A stretch of 64,000 nt of DNA from Candidatus Dormiibacterota bacterium. Its GTDB lineage: Bacteria; Chloroflexota; Dormibacteria; Aeolococcales; Aeolococcaceae. The stretch lies in contig OY970355.1 in NCBI GenBank assembly GCA_963718525.1, positions 2,080,001-2,144,000 of the forward strand, written 5' to 3'. The notes beneath the pieces are model-generated. The model worked only from the letters and a program-made list of their open reading frames with translations. It was not told where the DNA came from and searched no databases. Of this stretch, positions 50,808-60,164 are shown piece after piece (the first letter of the stretch is position 1; the number at the start of each line of letters is the position of its first letter). A program made the translations under genes and the position numbers.

Positions 50808-51359
50808 CTATTTGGTGATCATCAGCATCTTGTACCAGCGGTCCCCGAAGATCGCGATCACATCGAGTTGGTCCGCGTAGTACAGGATCTTGCCCTCCAG
50901 GGACGCCGGAAAACGCGTCGCCGTCGGGCTGTGGGTGAGGATGATCTCGCACACCTCGGCGGGCAGGCCGTGGCTCATCGCGGCGTGCGCCCCGAGGAAG
51001 CCGTGCGGATACCGGCGTCCGGCGTCCGTGTACCCATTCGACTCGCCCTCTGGCTGGTACTCGACGAGCTTGGAGACGTCCTGGAGCAGACCGGCTGCGA
51101 TGAGCACATCGCGATTCACCACGACACCGTGGTGCTTCTCGAAGACGTCCGCGGCCGCAAGGGCAAGCGCGAGGACGGCATGACAGTGGCGCACGTGCGA
51201 TCCGGGGATCTCCGGTGACGTCGGCACATCGTCGATTGATTCGAACGGTGACACCTCCCAGAGCTCAGCCCAGACGGCTGCCACGCCGCTGCGCAGCTGG
51301 GCATCCGAGATGCCCGCAAGCTCCGGAAACAGTGCTAGCACGTCGAGCGGCCGTTTCAT
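50808..51359 (-). CDS. HD-domain protein with HD replaced by QD
   Basis: H...V, AGLLQDVSK..EY, H...GAH, I..H, YYAD. Confidence 0.78.
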   Translation of the reverse strand: MKRPLDVLALFPELAGISDAQLRSGVAAVWAELWEVSPFESIDDVPTSPEIPGSHVRHCHAVLALALAAADVFEKHHGVVVNRDVLIAAGLLQDVSKLVEYQPEGESNGYTDAGRRYPHGFLGAHAAMSHGLPAEVCEIILTHSPTATRFPASLEGKILYYADQLDVIAIFGDRWYKMLMITK

Positions 51360-52600
51360 CTCCGCACTTCCGCAGCCTGGGCAGCCATCACAGCACCGTC
51401 CTCAACCAGCTCGTCGATCGCGGCGGAGTCGTAGCCGATGTCTCGAAGCACGTCGATCGTATGCTCACCCAGGAGCGGTGCACCGGACATGGAGTTGCCG
51501 CCGAGCGCGGGCACCGGACCGGCCACGTGACGGAAACTTCCATAGCGGGGGTGGGCAATCTCGTGGATCAGGCCTCGCTCACGGACGGTCGGAGAGTCGA
51601 GTGCCTGCGCCACGGTGTTGAGAGGAGCGCAGGGCACGCCATGCGCCACGAGGCGATCGACGGATTGCTGAGTTGTCAGCTCGGCGAAGTCCTCGGCGAT
51701 GTGCGCTAGCACCTGCGTGCGGTGGGCAAGACGTCCCGCATTGGTTGCGTAAGCGGGATCCGTGAGCCGTTCGTCTCCGAGCGCGACAGTGAGGTTATGC
51801 CAGTTCCGGTCGTGTCCTGCGAACACGGAGATCCACCCATCGCTGGTCGCAAAATTCTGTGCGGGCACCATGGATTGATGCGCTGAGTGGGCGGTGCGTT
51901 CGAGGCGCGCGTTGCTGTTGAGCGTCCAACCGGCGAGATAGGTGAGCATCGAGATCTGCGTGTCGAACAGCCCCAGGTCGATGTGCCTGCCACGCCCGGA
52001 GCGATCGCGCTCGACGAGCGCGGCACAGATCGCAAGCGCGGCGGTGAGGCCGCCACTGTGGTCCACGTAGGAGATGCCGGCCTTTGCAGGCGGACCGTCA
52101 GGCTCTCCCGTGAGGCTCATCGCTCCTGCGAGCGCCTGGACGGTGTAGTCGTACCCCGGCCTGTCCGACAGGCTGCCCGTCTCACCAAACCCCGTGAGCG
52201 AACACGTGACGAGGCGAGGGTTGACGCCGATCAGGTGCTCGTGGTCGAGACCGAGCTTGGCCATCACCCCGGGCTTGTAATTGTCGAGGATGACATCAGC
52301 AGAGCGGGCGAGGTCGAGCATGACGGCGTGGCCGCGCGCGCTCGACATGCGCACGGCGAGCGACCGCTTTCCCCAGTTCAACGAGAGGAAGTACACCGAT
52401 TCGCCTTCCTGAAAATGCGGGCCGGTGGCCCGGGCGTCGTCCATTCGATCGGGGTCCTCGACCTTGATGACGTCGGCGCCCAGATCCGCAAGGATGGTGG
52501 CGGCATACGGGCCTGCAATGAAATGGCCGAAATCGAGGACTCGGATCCCCGCGAGGACGCCTTCCCCCTGCGGCAGCTCAGACGTTGTGCTTGTCCCCAT
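51356..52600 (-). CDS. CaiB/BaiF family III CoA-transferase
   Basis: LAGIRVLD, AGPY, GADVIKVE, N.GKRS, NYKPG, PGYD, SYVD. Confidence 0.93.
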   Translation of the reverse strand: MGTSTTSELPQGEGVLAGIRVLDFGHFIAGPYAATILADLGADVIKVEDPDRMDDARATGPHFQEGESVYFLSLNWGKRSLAVRMSSARGHAVMLDLARSADVILDNYKPGVMAKLGLDHEHLIGVNPRLVTCSLTGFGETGSLSDRPGYDYTVQALAGAMSLTGEPDGPPAKAGISYVDHSGGLTAALAICAALVERDRSGRGRHIDLGLFDTQISMLTYLAGWTLNSNARLERTAHSAHQSMVPAQNFATSDGWISVFAGHDRNWHNLTVALGDERLTDPAYATNAGRLAHRTQVLAHIAEDFAELTTQQSVDRLVAHGVPCAPLNTVAQALDSPTVRERGLIHEIAHPRYGSFRHVAGPVPALGGNSMSGAPLLGEHTIDVLRDIGYDSAAIDELVEDGAVMAAQAAEVRR

Positions 52601-53045
52601 GTGTCAGTGGTTCACTCCCGGCGTTGCCTCCGGACAGGTGGTCGGAGGTTTCTCCTGTAGCACAGATGGTCCGGGTCACGTGGAGTCCTGCGTACACCCA
52701 GTAGATCGTGAGCGGTTCGGCGCCGGCGTTGATGAAGCAATGCGGCACCGTTGCTGGAACCCAGGTTGCATCACCGGCAACAGCCGTCATATCGGCATCG
52801 CCAACCGTGACGGTGGCCGTGCCTGCGAGCACGAGCACCGTTTCCTCGACGTTGTGGGTGTGGAGCGGAATGCCCTGTCCCGGTGGTATCCGAGTGATGC
52901 CCGTCGTGACGCTCGAGACCCGAGAGTTCCACTTGCCGACGTATGGGATGCTGCTCACGCCGTTGCCACGCGAGAGGCTGGTCAGCGAGGCGCCGCGGAG
53001 GAACAGCGACGGCTCAGGCAGGGATGTCATCGGTACGTCGTGCAT
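52578..53045 (-). CDS. Cupin domain protein
   Basis: PLHTHNVEE..LVLAG...GD..WVP..VPH.F.N cupin motifs. Confidence 0.87.
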   Translation of the reverse strand: MHDVPMTSLPEPSLFLRGASLTSLSRGNGVSSIPYVGKWNSRVSSVTTGITRIPPGQGIPLHTHNVEETVLVLAGTATVTVGDADMTAVAGDATWVPATVPHCFINAGAEPLTIYWVYAGLHVTRTICATGETSDHLSGGNAGSEPLTHGDKHNV

Positions 53046-53718
53046 CGTCCTCTGCCGGTGGGGCTCCGCGGCGCGTGTCAGTGGATGCGTGCTCCTCCCA
53101 GCGCCACACCGACTGACTCCGGACGTAGCGCGCGTACCGCCATACGCCCATGAGCGATGCGGCATCAGCCGCGAGAGTCTCAGCCAGCTCTCCGGCCGAC
53201 CACGTGGGAATGAGCGCTGCGGCGGGAGCGTCGATGATGATCGCGCTCTCATCCCGCGAGCGACGCGAAGTCTCGAAGACCCGCGCCTGGCACACCGACG
53301 GCAGCGCGAGGCGGCTGAGGATTCTCTCGAGGGATGCCCCGCGATGGCCGCGGAAACGGAGCATCACCAGGCCCCAGGCGGTTTCCGGAGTGTGTGTGCG
53401 ACCGCTGGTCACCTCACGGAGCACGAGGCGCTGGCGCCCGAACACCCGCGAAAGCATCCACTGGCTCCACGGCGAGAAATTCTGGCCGGTGATCGACCGA
53501 TATGAGTCTTCCTCCAGCGTGTCGAAGGGGTCGACGTCATAGCACGACATGTAGCGAGGCCAACCATCGGTGCAGACCCAGCGGGTTGCTGCCTTGAACC
53601 CGGCCACGCGGGTGTGATCAGGCACGAGCTCGAGGTCGAACCAATCATGAAAGGCCGCCTCCTCGCCAGTGGCGGGCTCCATCAAGACCATCAGCATGCC
53701 GGGCGAATTCATGGCCAT
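53014..53718 (-). CDS. Dimeric alpha+beta barrel protein (EthD/DUF4286-like)
   Basis: EAAFHDWFD.E..P....GF..A.R...PRY...YD pattern. Confidence 0.55.
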   Translation of the reverse strand: MAMNSPGMLMVLMEPATGEEAAFHDWFDLELVPDHTRVAGFKAATRWVCTDGWPRYMSCYDVDPFDTLEEDSYRSITGQNFSPWSQWMLSRVFGRQRLVLREVTSGRTHTPETAWGLVMLRFRGHRGASLERILSRLALPSVCQARVFETSRRSRDESAIIIDAPAAALIPTWSAGELAETLAADAASLMGVWRYARYVRSQSVWRWEEHASTDTRRGAPPAEDDARRTDDIPA

Positions 53719-53781
53719 AGTTCCCCGTTGCGGACGACACTCCTGCAGGTGCACTGCGGTCGTCCAGCGAGGATAACCACA

Positions 53782-53796
53782 CCTATAGTATATAAG
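53782..53796. promoter_or_regulatory. Operator motif A overlapping an internal -10
   Basis: CCTATAGTATATAAG just after the mct stop; minus-strand TATACT; precedes the EthD-cupin-CoA transferase-HD-SnoaL genes. Confidence 0.62.
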
Positions 53797-53797
53797 A

Positions 53798-55036
53798 TCA
53801 CCCGGCAATCCCCTGGGTGCGGAGCTGCTCGATCGCGTCTTTCGACATGCCGAGCACCTCGCTGAGCACCGCCTCGGTGTGCTCGCCGAGCAACGGCGGC
53901 GTCGACGCGGGGACACGACCGAAATCGCTGAAGTCAAACGGCGTGGAAGCCGCTGGGTATTCGCCGGCGCCTGGCTGCGACACCATCGAAAACATGGGAT
54001 TCGCCGGCGACGCCTCGGGGTCGCGGGCCAGGTCGGTGAACGTCTGGTACGCGCTCCACAGCACGCCATGGGCATCGAATCGTTCGCGGATGTTCGTGAG
54101 GTCGTGCGCCGAAGTCCACTCCCCGATCAGCGCGGCGATCGCGTACCGCGCATTCCAGCGCTCGCCCTCGTCATCCAGGTCGACCTCGAGCTTGGCACCG
54201 AGCGCATCGAACTCATCCTGGAGGGAGGTCGCTCGCTTCAGACGATGCCACTGGCCGGGCGTGAGCGCGACCACCATGACATACCGTCCGTCCCGGGTTT
54301 GGAAGTCCTTGCCGAAGGTGCCGTAGATGTAGTTGCCGTCGCGCCGGCGCGGCTCGGGATCCAGGACGGCTTCGGCGATGACGCCGAGGCGCGACGCGTA
54401 GGCCAGTGCGATGTCTGCGAGGCTGACGCTGACGAGCTGGCCCTTGCCGGTACGTGACCTGTGGCGCTCCGCCGCCAGGAGACCGCTGGTCAGCACGTGG
54501 CCGGCCATCCCATCCCACGCAGGCATCACGTGGTTGACCGGCGGCCCGTCGGGATCCGATCCAGTGACCATTGGAAAGCCGACCCTCGCGTTGACCGTGT
54601 AGTCCACCGCCGGAGACCCGTCGCGGTTTCCTGTCAACCGCACCATGATCACATCGGGGCGGGACTCGCGCAGACGCCGAAACGACAGGCCTCCCTGGGC
54701 ATCGAGATTCGTGAGCACCAGCCCGCCGTCTCTGCCACCCGAGGCCACGAGCTGGCGCACGATCTCCTGGCCCCGCGCGTCACGAAGATCGAGCGTGACC
54801 GATCGTTTCCCCTGATTGAGGCCCGCCCAATACAGGCTTTTGCCGCGCCACAGCGGCCACCGGCCGCTGTCGACGCCTCCGCCGACGGGATCGATGCGAA
54901 TGACGTCCGCTCCCAGCGATGCGAGAGTCGCGCCCGCCAGCGGGACCGCGACGAACGCGGACATCTCCACCACACGCATCCCGGCGAGGATGCCGGCGTG
55001 ACTACCGTTCGCTGCCGTCACGGTTCCCGTCGACAT
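53798..55036 (-). CDS. mct: Mesaconyl-CoA C1-C4 CoA transferase (2-methylfumaryl-CoA isomerase)-like
   Basis: SAFVA.PL.G.TLA.LGADVIR.DP.GGG.D..RWP, SLYWAGLN.GKRS, VDYTVN, VNHV.PAWD, GNY.YG.FG.DF match my recollection of the Chloroflexus Mct subfamily. Confidence 0.85.
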   Translation of the reverse strand: MSTGTVTAANGSHAGILAGMRVVEMSAFVAVPLAGATLASLGADVIRIDPVGGGVDSGRWPLWRGKSLYWAGLNQGKRSVTLDLRDARGQEIVRQLVASGGRDGGLVLTNLDAQGGLSFRRLRESRPDVIMVRLTGNRDGSPAVDYTVNARVGFPMVTGSDPDGPPVNHVMPAWDGMAGHVLTSGLLAAERHRSRTGKGQLVSVSLADIALAYASRLGVIAEAVLDPEPRRRDGNYIYGTFGKDFQTRDGRYVMVVALTPGQWHRLKRATSLQDEFDALGAKLEVDLDDEGERWNARYAIAALIGEWTSAHDLTNIRERFDAHGVLWSAYQTFTDLARDPEASPANPMFSMVSQPGAGEYPAASTPFDFSDFGRVPASTPPLLGEHTEAVLSEVLGMSKDAIEQLRTQGIAG

Positions 55037-55529
55037 CGAGACGGGGGAGAACCGGCCCGTGGCCACGGCGATACACCATGACCGTCCGCCGGTAGGTGAT
55101 CACGACCGTGCCCTCCTGGTTGAACCCCGTCGTCCGCACGGTCACGATGCCGACGTTGGGCCGAGACCTGGAGGTGCGAGCCTCGAGGACCTCGCTCTGT
55201 GAGTAGATCGTGTCTCCCTCGAACACCGGGTGGGGAAGGCGAACCTCGTCCCACGCGAGATTTGCCATGACGTTCTGCGAGACATCGCTGACGCTCTGTC
55301 CGGTCACCAACGCCAAGGTGAACGTCGAGTTCACGATGGGTCGCCCGAATTCGGTCTGTGCGGCGTAGTGATGGTCGAAATGCGCGGAGGCCGTGTTCTG
55401 CGTGAGCAGCGTGAACCAGATGTTGTCGGTGCCCGTGACGGTGCGCCCAAGGGGGTGGCGATAGACATCCCCGACCGTGAAGTCCTCGAAATAGCGTCCG
55501 GACCAGCTGACGGTGGCGGGAGCAGGCAC
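55002..55529 (-). CDS. MaoC-family enoyl-CoA hydratase/dehydratase
   Basis: GRYFEDF.VG..Y.H..GRTVT..DN..FT.LT.N...HFD, PVF.GDT. Confidence 0.9.
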   Translation of the reverse strand: MPAPATVSWSGRYFEDFTVGDVYRHPLGRTVTGTDNIWFTLLTQNTASAHFDHHYAAQTEFGRPIVNSTFTLALVTGQSVSDVSQNVMANLAWDEVRLPHPVFEGDTIYSQSEVLEARTSRSRPNVGIVTVRTTGFNQEGTVVITYRRTVMVYRRGHGPVLPRLDVDGNRDGSER

Positions 55530-55531
55530 CG

Positions 55532-56332
55532 TCAGCCGCTCGCGAGCACCGGCCGCAGGTCCGCGAGGAGCTGCTCGGCGACGATCTGAAAGATGAAGTT
55601 GACTCCCTGCAGCATGATCATCCGGACGCCGCGCTCGTGCAGCATGATCACGCGCTTGCGCATCTCGTCCAGCGTGTATGCGTAGCTGGTGTTTGCGCCA
55701 ATGGTGACGCCATGTCGGCGCCCAAGCTCGACAGCACGATCCACGTATTCCCAGAGCCGTTCGTTGTAGAAGTCGGGCTGTTCCGAGTCCGAGATGATGC
55801 GTGATGCATCGCTCATCGCGATGAACACGATGTGGATCTCGGGATCCGCGATGATCTCTTCGAGCGAGTCGAGACCGCCCTGAGTCTCCGGCTGCGGAAT
55901 CACGTAGGAGCGACCTTGATGTGCCGGCTCCGACCGTCCCTCAGCGCTCTCGCGACCGCGATGTATGACCAGGCCCTTGCGATGCCAGTCGCGTGCCGCC
56001 ACCACGCACTCGTCGATCTCACGCTTCTCTGAGTGCGACACCAGCATGAACTGCGCCCCAACGCCGATCGCACGCGCGACGTCGGGCGCGATCCGGTGGT
56101 CGTAGCCGAGCCATGGGTTGCTCTGAATTCGCACGACGGGTGTGATCTCAGCGGCTTCAGCGGCGGTGATCAGCGCAGACGTCTGATGCCAGTCATGCGA
56201 GCTGAACATCTGGTCGATCATCACCCATCGAAAGCCGACGTATCCGCAGAGGTCGACCATGTCTGCGCTGTTGACCCAGAGACCGAGGCTCGTTCGTCCC
56301 GCCTCGAGATCCTCGAGCAGTGGATTGCGCAC
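55532..56332 (-). CDS. HpcH/HpaI class II pyruvate aldolase-like protein with altered motif
   Basis: LGLW, WVMIDQMF (canonical IDxEH), VVR, QPET, AMSD; AGGAGG RBS. Confidence 0.75.
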   Translation of the reverse strand: MRNPLLEDLEAGRTSLGLWVNSADMVDLCGYVGFRWVMIDQMFSSHDWHQTSALITAAEAAEITPVVRIQSNPWLGYDHRIAPDVARAIGVGAQFMLVSHSEKREIDECVVAARDWHRKGLVIHRGRESAEGRSEPAHQGRSYVIPQPETQGGLDSLEEIIADPEIHIVFIAMSDASRIISDSEQPDFYNERLWEYVDRAVELGRRHGVTIGANTSYAYTLDEMRKRVIMLHERGVRMIMLQGVNFIFQIVAEQLLADLRPVLASG

Positions 56333-56405
56333 GTGATGCCTCCTGGGGCACCGCCCTTAAAGCAGGTGGCCGGGCGTGGTACCGAGCCGGTGACCCCGGC
56401 TCTTG

Positions 56406-56420
56406 TGGAATACTATTCCA
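56406..56420. promoter_or_regulatory. Operator motif B (TGGAAT-N3-ATTCCA), IclR-like
   Basis: Perfect inverted repeat TGGAATA-C-TATTCCA covering TACTAT (+) and TAGTAT (-) -10-like hexamers between divergent operons. Confidence 0.75.
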
Positions 56421-56500
56421 ACAATGGCGGCTTTTGCACCGTGCCACGTTCGCGCACGGAGACCGGCCGGCAGCACCATCTCGGTGCCGGTGACCACGCG

Positions 56501-57856
56501 GTGAAGCTGCTGGCGGCGACCGGGATGCTCGGCTCGGGCTTCCTCGAAAGCTCGATCGCTCGAGGCGTCGATGAGGGCGCGGCGATGATCGGCTGCGACT
56601 CCGGGACGACCGACTTCGGACCCCATCTTCTCGCCACCGGGCGCTCGCATTTCTCTCGGTCCTCGGTCAGGAGGGACCTGGGGATCATGATCGAACACGC
56701 GCGTCGCACAAGGATTCCGGTGGTGATCGGCTCGGCCGGCGGGTCGGGAAGTGACTCCGGGGTTGCATGGATGAGCGACATCGTTCGCGAGATCGCGGAC
56801 CAACTCGGCCTGCACTTCAGTCTCGCGCAGATCCATGCCGAGCAGCCGGCGCACGTGATCCGCGAGCTGCTGGCGCAGGGCCGGGTGCGCGCGCTGCCGC
56901 GTATGGGGGAACTCACTGGCGAGGACGTCGATTCCTCGTTGCACATGGTCGCCATGATGGGTGCGGAGCCGATCCAGGAGGCACTGTCGCGGGGGGCTGA
57001 CGTTGTTGTCGCAGGGCGGGCGAGCGACGCCTCCATCTTTGCGGCGCTCCCGCTGCTTGCAGGCCACGATCCGGGGCTGTGCTGGCATGCGGGGAAGATT
57101 CTCGAATGTGGCGCCGCCGCCGTCGTGCAGCGCACCGCGCCGGACAGCATGCAGGCAGAGATGCACGCGAGCGGTGTCGACATCGAGCCGCTGCGCCCTG
57201 ACTACCGCTGCACGCCCCAGAGCGTCGCGTCACATACGCTGTACGAGAACGCGGACCCGTTCAACCTCATCGAACCGTCAGGTGTCCTCGATACGCTCCA
57301 GACACGATATGACGCCATCTCGGATCGCGCGGTTCGCATCTCAGGGTCCAGGTTTCACGAGGCAGCCGAGTACACGGTCAAGCTGGAGGGCGCGCGAAAG
57401 GTTGGCTACTCGACCGTCATTCCCGGCGCCATTCGCGATCCGCTGATCATCAACCAGCTCGACGCCTGGTTGGCGACGCTCGACGCGGCGATCACCGCGC
57501 GTCTTCGACAGACGCTCACACCCACGGACACGTACACGATCGCGACTCGCGTCTACGGGCGAAACGGAGTGATGGGGGAGCTCGAGCCTGTCCCACGGGT
57601 CGAGGGCCACGAGGTCATGCTGCTCTGGGATGTCATCTCCGGATCACAGGAGCTCTCGCATTCGATCGCGGCCGCCCTGACGCACATGGCGGCGCACAAT
57701 CCGATCCCGGAATGGCATGGACTGATCAGCGGGGTGGCGTTTCCCTTTGCTCCGTCTGAGATTGACCGCGGGCCGGTGTACGAGTTCCACCTCAATCACG
57801 TGATCGTTCCCGAATCCCCGACCGCGCTGTTTCCGATCGACATGACGGTGGTCTGA
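56501..57856 (+). CDS. Acyclic terpene utilization AtuA family (DUF1446) protein; start uncertain
   Basis: TGMLGSGF, I.CDSG.TD.GP..L, IGSAG..G, V.MMG.EP, AGRASD, WH.GK..ECG, HTLYEN.DP, VKLEGA. Confidence 0.85.
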   Translation: MKLLAATGMLGSGFLESSIARGVDEGAAMIGCDSGTTDFGPHLLATGRSHFSRSSVRRDLGIMIEHARRTRIPVVIGSAGGSGSDSGVAWMSDIVREIADQLGLHFSLAQIHAEQPAHVIRELLAQGRVRALPRMGELTGEDVDSSLHMVAMMGAEPIQEALSRGADVVVAGRASDASIFAALPLLAGHDPGLCWHAGKILECGAAAVVQRTAPDSMQAEMHASGVDIEPLRPDYRCTPQSVASHTLYENADPFNLIEPSGVLDTLQTRYDAISDRAVRISGSRFHEAAEYTVKLEGARKVGYSTVIPGAIRDPLIINQLDAWLATLDAAITARLRQTLTPTDTYTIATRVYGRNGVMGELEPVPRVEGHEVMLLWDVISGSQELSHSIAAALTHMAAHNPIPEWHGLISGVAFPFAPSEIDRGPVYEFHLNHVIVPESPTALFPIDMTVV

Positions 57857-57857
57857 C

Positions 57858-58196
57858 GTGCGCAGGCCTCTCGGCGAGCTGGCGAAGCTCATCAGATCGA
57901 AGAATGCAGGCCCGTTCTGGCTCACCTTTGATGTGATGTTCGACGACCCGGAGATCTACCGCCAGGTGCGTGACCAGCAGGTGCTCAGCGTGGAGCGCGT
58001 CGCAGCCTGCTATCGGCAGGATCCGTCGTCGGTCCTCGTGTTTGCCCATGACACCGCGCTTGCGATCAAGGTCAGCTTTCCGCGACCTGTGAGCTCCGGA
58101 TCGGCGCGGGACACCGACGTGTTCGGCGGCCAGCAATACGCCCCGCTGATGGACTTCACAGTCGAGCTCAGCGGCGGTAGTGCGACGACGTCGTAG
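57858..58196 (+). CDS. DUF4387 family protein
   Basis: LA..IRSKNAGPF.LTFD.MF, AIK.S.PR, D.DV.GGQQ..PL. Confidence 0.88.
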   Translation: MRRPLGELAKLIRSKNAGPFWLTFDVMFDDPEIYRQVRDQQVLSVERVAACYRQDPSSVLVFAHDTALAIKVSFPRPVSSGSARDTDVFGGQQYAPLMDFTVELSGGSATTS

Positions 58197-59016
58197 GTCG
58201 GATCGCCGAAGCTGACCGATCCAGGACCTGGGAGACCTCACCCGCCGCTGCCAGCAGATCCGGAAGCCACGCCTCAAGCCGCTCGAGGGTGCAACGCTCC
58301 GCAGGCCCGGCAATGGTGAGGGCGGCCGCGATGCTCCGATCCGGACCGAGTATCGGCGCCGAAACCGCGTCGATACCCTGGACGTGGGAGGACTGCGCGA
58401 GTGCGTATCCCTCGGAGGCAATCGTCTCGACACGGCGTACGAGGACGGCGCGCGATGGTATCGCCGGGTCCAGCTTGCGGAGCTGTGCCAGGTGGCTCCA
58501 GTACGCGCGACGGTCGGGCTCCGCGGCGTACGCCAGAAGGAGCTCGCCGGTCACGCCGCTGTGGAGCGGCGCGAGTTGCCCGATCTGCGCAACCCATCGA
58601 ATCTCATGAGTCCCTTCGACTGCTTCGATGCAGACGCGCTCGAAACCCGTCTGGACGTTGAGCGTGATCGTCTCGGCGGTCAGATCACGCAGACGGAGCA
58701 TGTACGGATACACCACGCCGCGGAGGTCCGCGCGTGAGTTCATCTGACGGAACAGCGTGAGCATCCGCCAGCTCAGCGCATATCGCTGAGTCTCCGGGTG
58801 CTGGTCGACGAGCTGCTTGCGGCGCAACGCGGTGAGGATGCGATGGATGGCGCTTCCGCTCGCCTTGGTTTCGCGCGCAAGCTCGGTGACGCTCAGCGAT
58901 CCCGTGTCCGTCTGGGCGAGCAGCAACAGGATCTCTGCAGCGCGCTCCACCGCGAGCGCGGACGCACTTCGTTCAAGCGCCGGCTCGGCGTCGGCAATCG
59001 CGACCGCCGCCTTCAT
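58168..59016 (-). CDS. IclR-family transcriptional regulator
   Basis: AVERA..IL..L, S.TELA, .HRIL..L, ETITL, PLH.G..G, GYA, AVSAPI. Confidence 0.92.
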   Translation of the reverse strand: MKAAVAIADAEPALERSASALAVERAAEILLLLAQTDTGSLSVTELARETKASGSAIHRILTALRRKQLVDQHPETQRYALSWRMLTLFRQMNSRADLRGVVYPYMLRLRDLTAETITLNVQTGFERVCIEAVEGTHEIRWVAQIGQLAPLHSGVTGELLLAYAAEPDRRAYWSHLAQLRKLDPAIPSRAVLVRRVETIASEGYALAQSSHVQGIDAVSAPILGPDRSIAAALTIAGPAERCTLERLEAWLPDLLAAAGEVSQVLDRSASAIRPTTSSHYRR

Positions 59017-60164
59017 ACGCCAGGCTCGGTGGGTGTGACGCTTTCCAGCCACTGACGGCACGCCCCGAGGAATGACGATGCCTGCAGGCCGTCCATCACC
59101 CGGTGATCAAGGCTGAGGCTTAGATACATCATCGGCCGCACCTCGGCTTTGCCGTTGACTGCGACGGGGCGATCCACAACCGAGCCCATGGTGATCACCG
59201 CGGATTGTCCCGGGGCGATCACCGAGTAGCTCAGCAATGTGCCAAGGGAACCGGAGTTGTTGACGGTGAAGGTTCCGCCGGAGAGATCCGCCGTCACCAG
59301 CTGTCGTGCGCGGGCACGAGCCGTGAGATCCCCGAGCGCTACCGCGAGCTCCGGAATCGAGAGGCGATCGGCGTTCTTGATGACCGGTACGATCACGCCC
59401 TCCGGCAGCCCCATGGCGACGCCGATGTTGATCGCGCGATGAACGATGATGCCGTCCTCGGAGAACGTCGAGTTGACCTCGGGGAATTTGCGCAGCGACG
59501 CCGCGGCTGCGGCCACCATGTACGTCAGGTATGAGAGCGACACGCCGTACTGGCGGCGCACCGTGCCGCGATTCACCTTCAGACCTCCGCCGACTGCGCT
59601 CATATCGACTTCCTGCATCTGCCACGCATGCGGGATGGTCGCTTTCGACAGCGCCATGCGCTCCGCGATGCGGCGACGCGTCGGAGTCAAGGGAATGACT
59701 TCGTCGCCTTCGAGTGACTGCGGGGGCGCGACAACGGTCGCCGGACCCGACGCTGCCCGCCGATGGGGAGGAGTTGGCACGTCTGGCTGCTGCGCGACCA
59801 CCTCTGGCACCGAGGAGTCATCGGCCGCATCGGATTGAGCAACCGCCTGCTGCCGTGCCGGAGGAGCCGCCGGGGTCGCCGGGACTTCGATGGTCGCCAC
59901 GTCGATGTCACCACCTGCGGCGCCGTTGACCTCCAGGACAGCGATGTCCGCTCCGACAGGGACCACCGCCCCCTCCGCTGCGAGGATTTCCGTGAGCACG
60001 CCGGTGACCGGAGCCGGCACTTCTGCGTCGACCTTGTCAGTGTTGATCTCGACCATGGCGTCGAACTCCGCAACCCGGTCTCCAGGATTAACCAGCCAGC
60101 GTGAGATGGTGCCCTCGGTTACGGATTCGCCGAGTTGCGGCATGGTGACCAGGTAGCGGCTCAT
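59013..60164 (-). CDS. 2-oxoacid dehydrogenase E2 (dihydrolipoamide acyltransferase), no evident E3-binding domain
   Basis: MPQLGESVTEGT..W...TDKV lipoyl domain; GGTFT..N.G, DHR..DG catalytic motif. Confidence 0.92.
   Translation of the reverse strand: MSRYLVTMPQLGESVTEGTISRWLVNPGDRVAEFDAMVEINTDKVDAEVPAPVTGVLTEILAAEGAVVPVGADIAVLEVNGAAGGDIDVATIEVPATPAAPPARQQAVAQSDAADDSSVPEVVAQQPDVPTPPHRRAASGPATVVAPPQSLEGDEVIPLTPTRRRIAERMALSKATIPHAWQMQEVDMSAVGGGLKVNRGTVRRQYGVSLSYLTYMVAAAAASLRKFPEVNSTFSEDGIIVHRAINIGVAMGLPEGVIVPVIKNADRLSIPELAVALGDLTARARARQLVTADLSGGTFTVNNSGSLGTLLSYSVIAPGQSAVITMGSVVDRPVAVNGKAEVRPMMYLSLSLDHRVMDGLQASSFLGACRQWLESVTPTEPGV

Noticed and set aside
53798-55529. 3-hydroxypropionate bicycle (autotrophy) inferred from mct
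   Set aside because: No malonyl-CoA reductase, propionyl-CoA synthase or carboxylases in the window; the context is catabolic.
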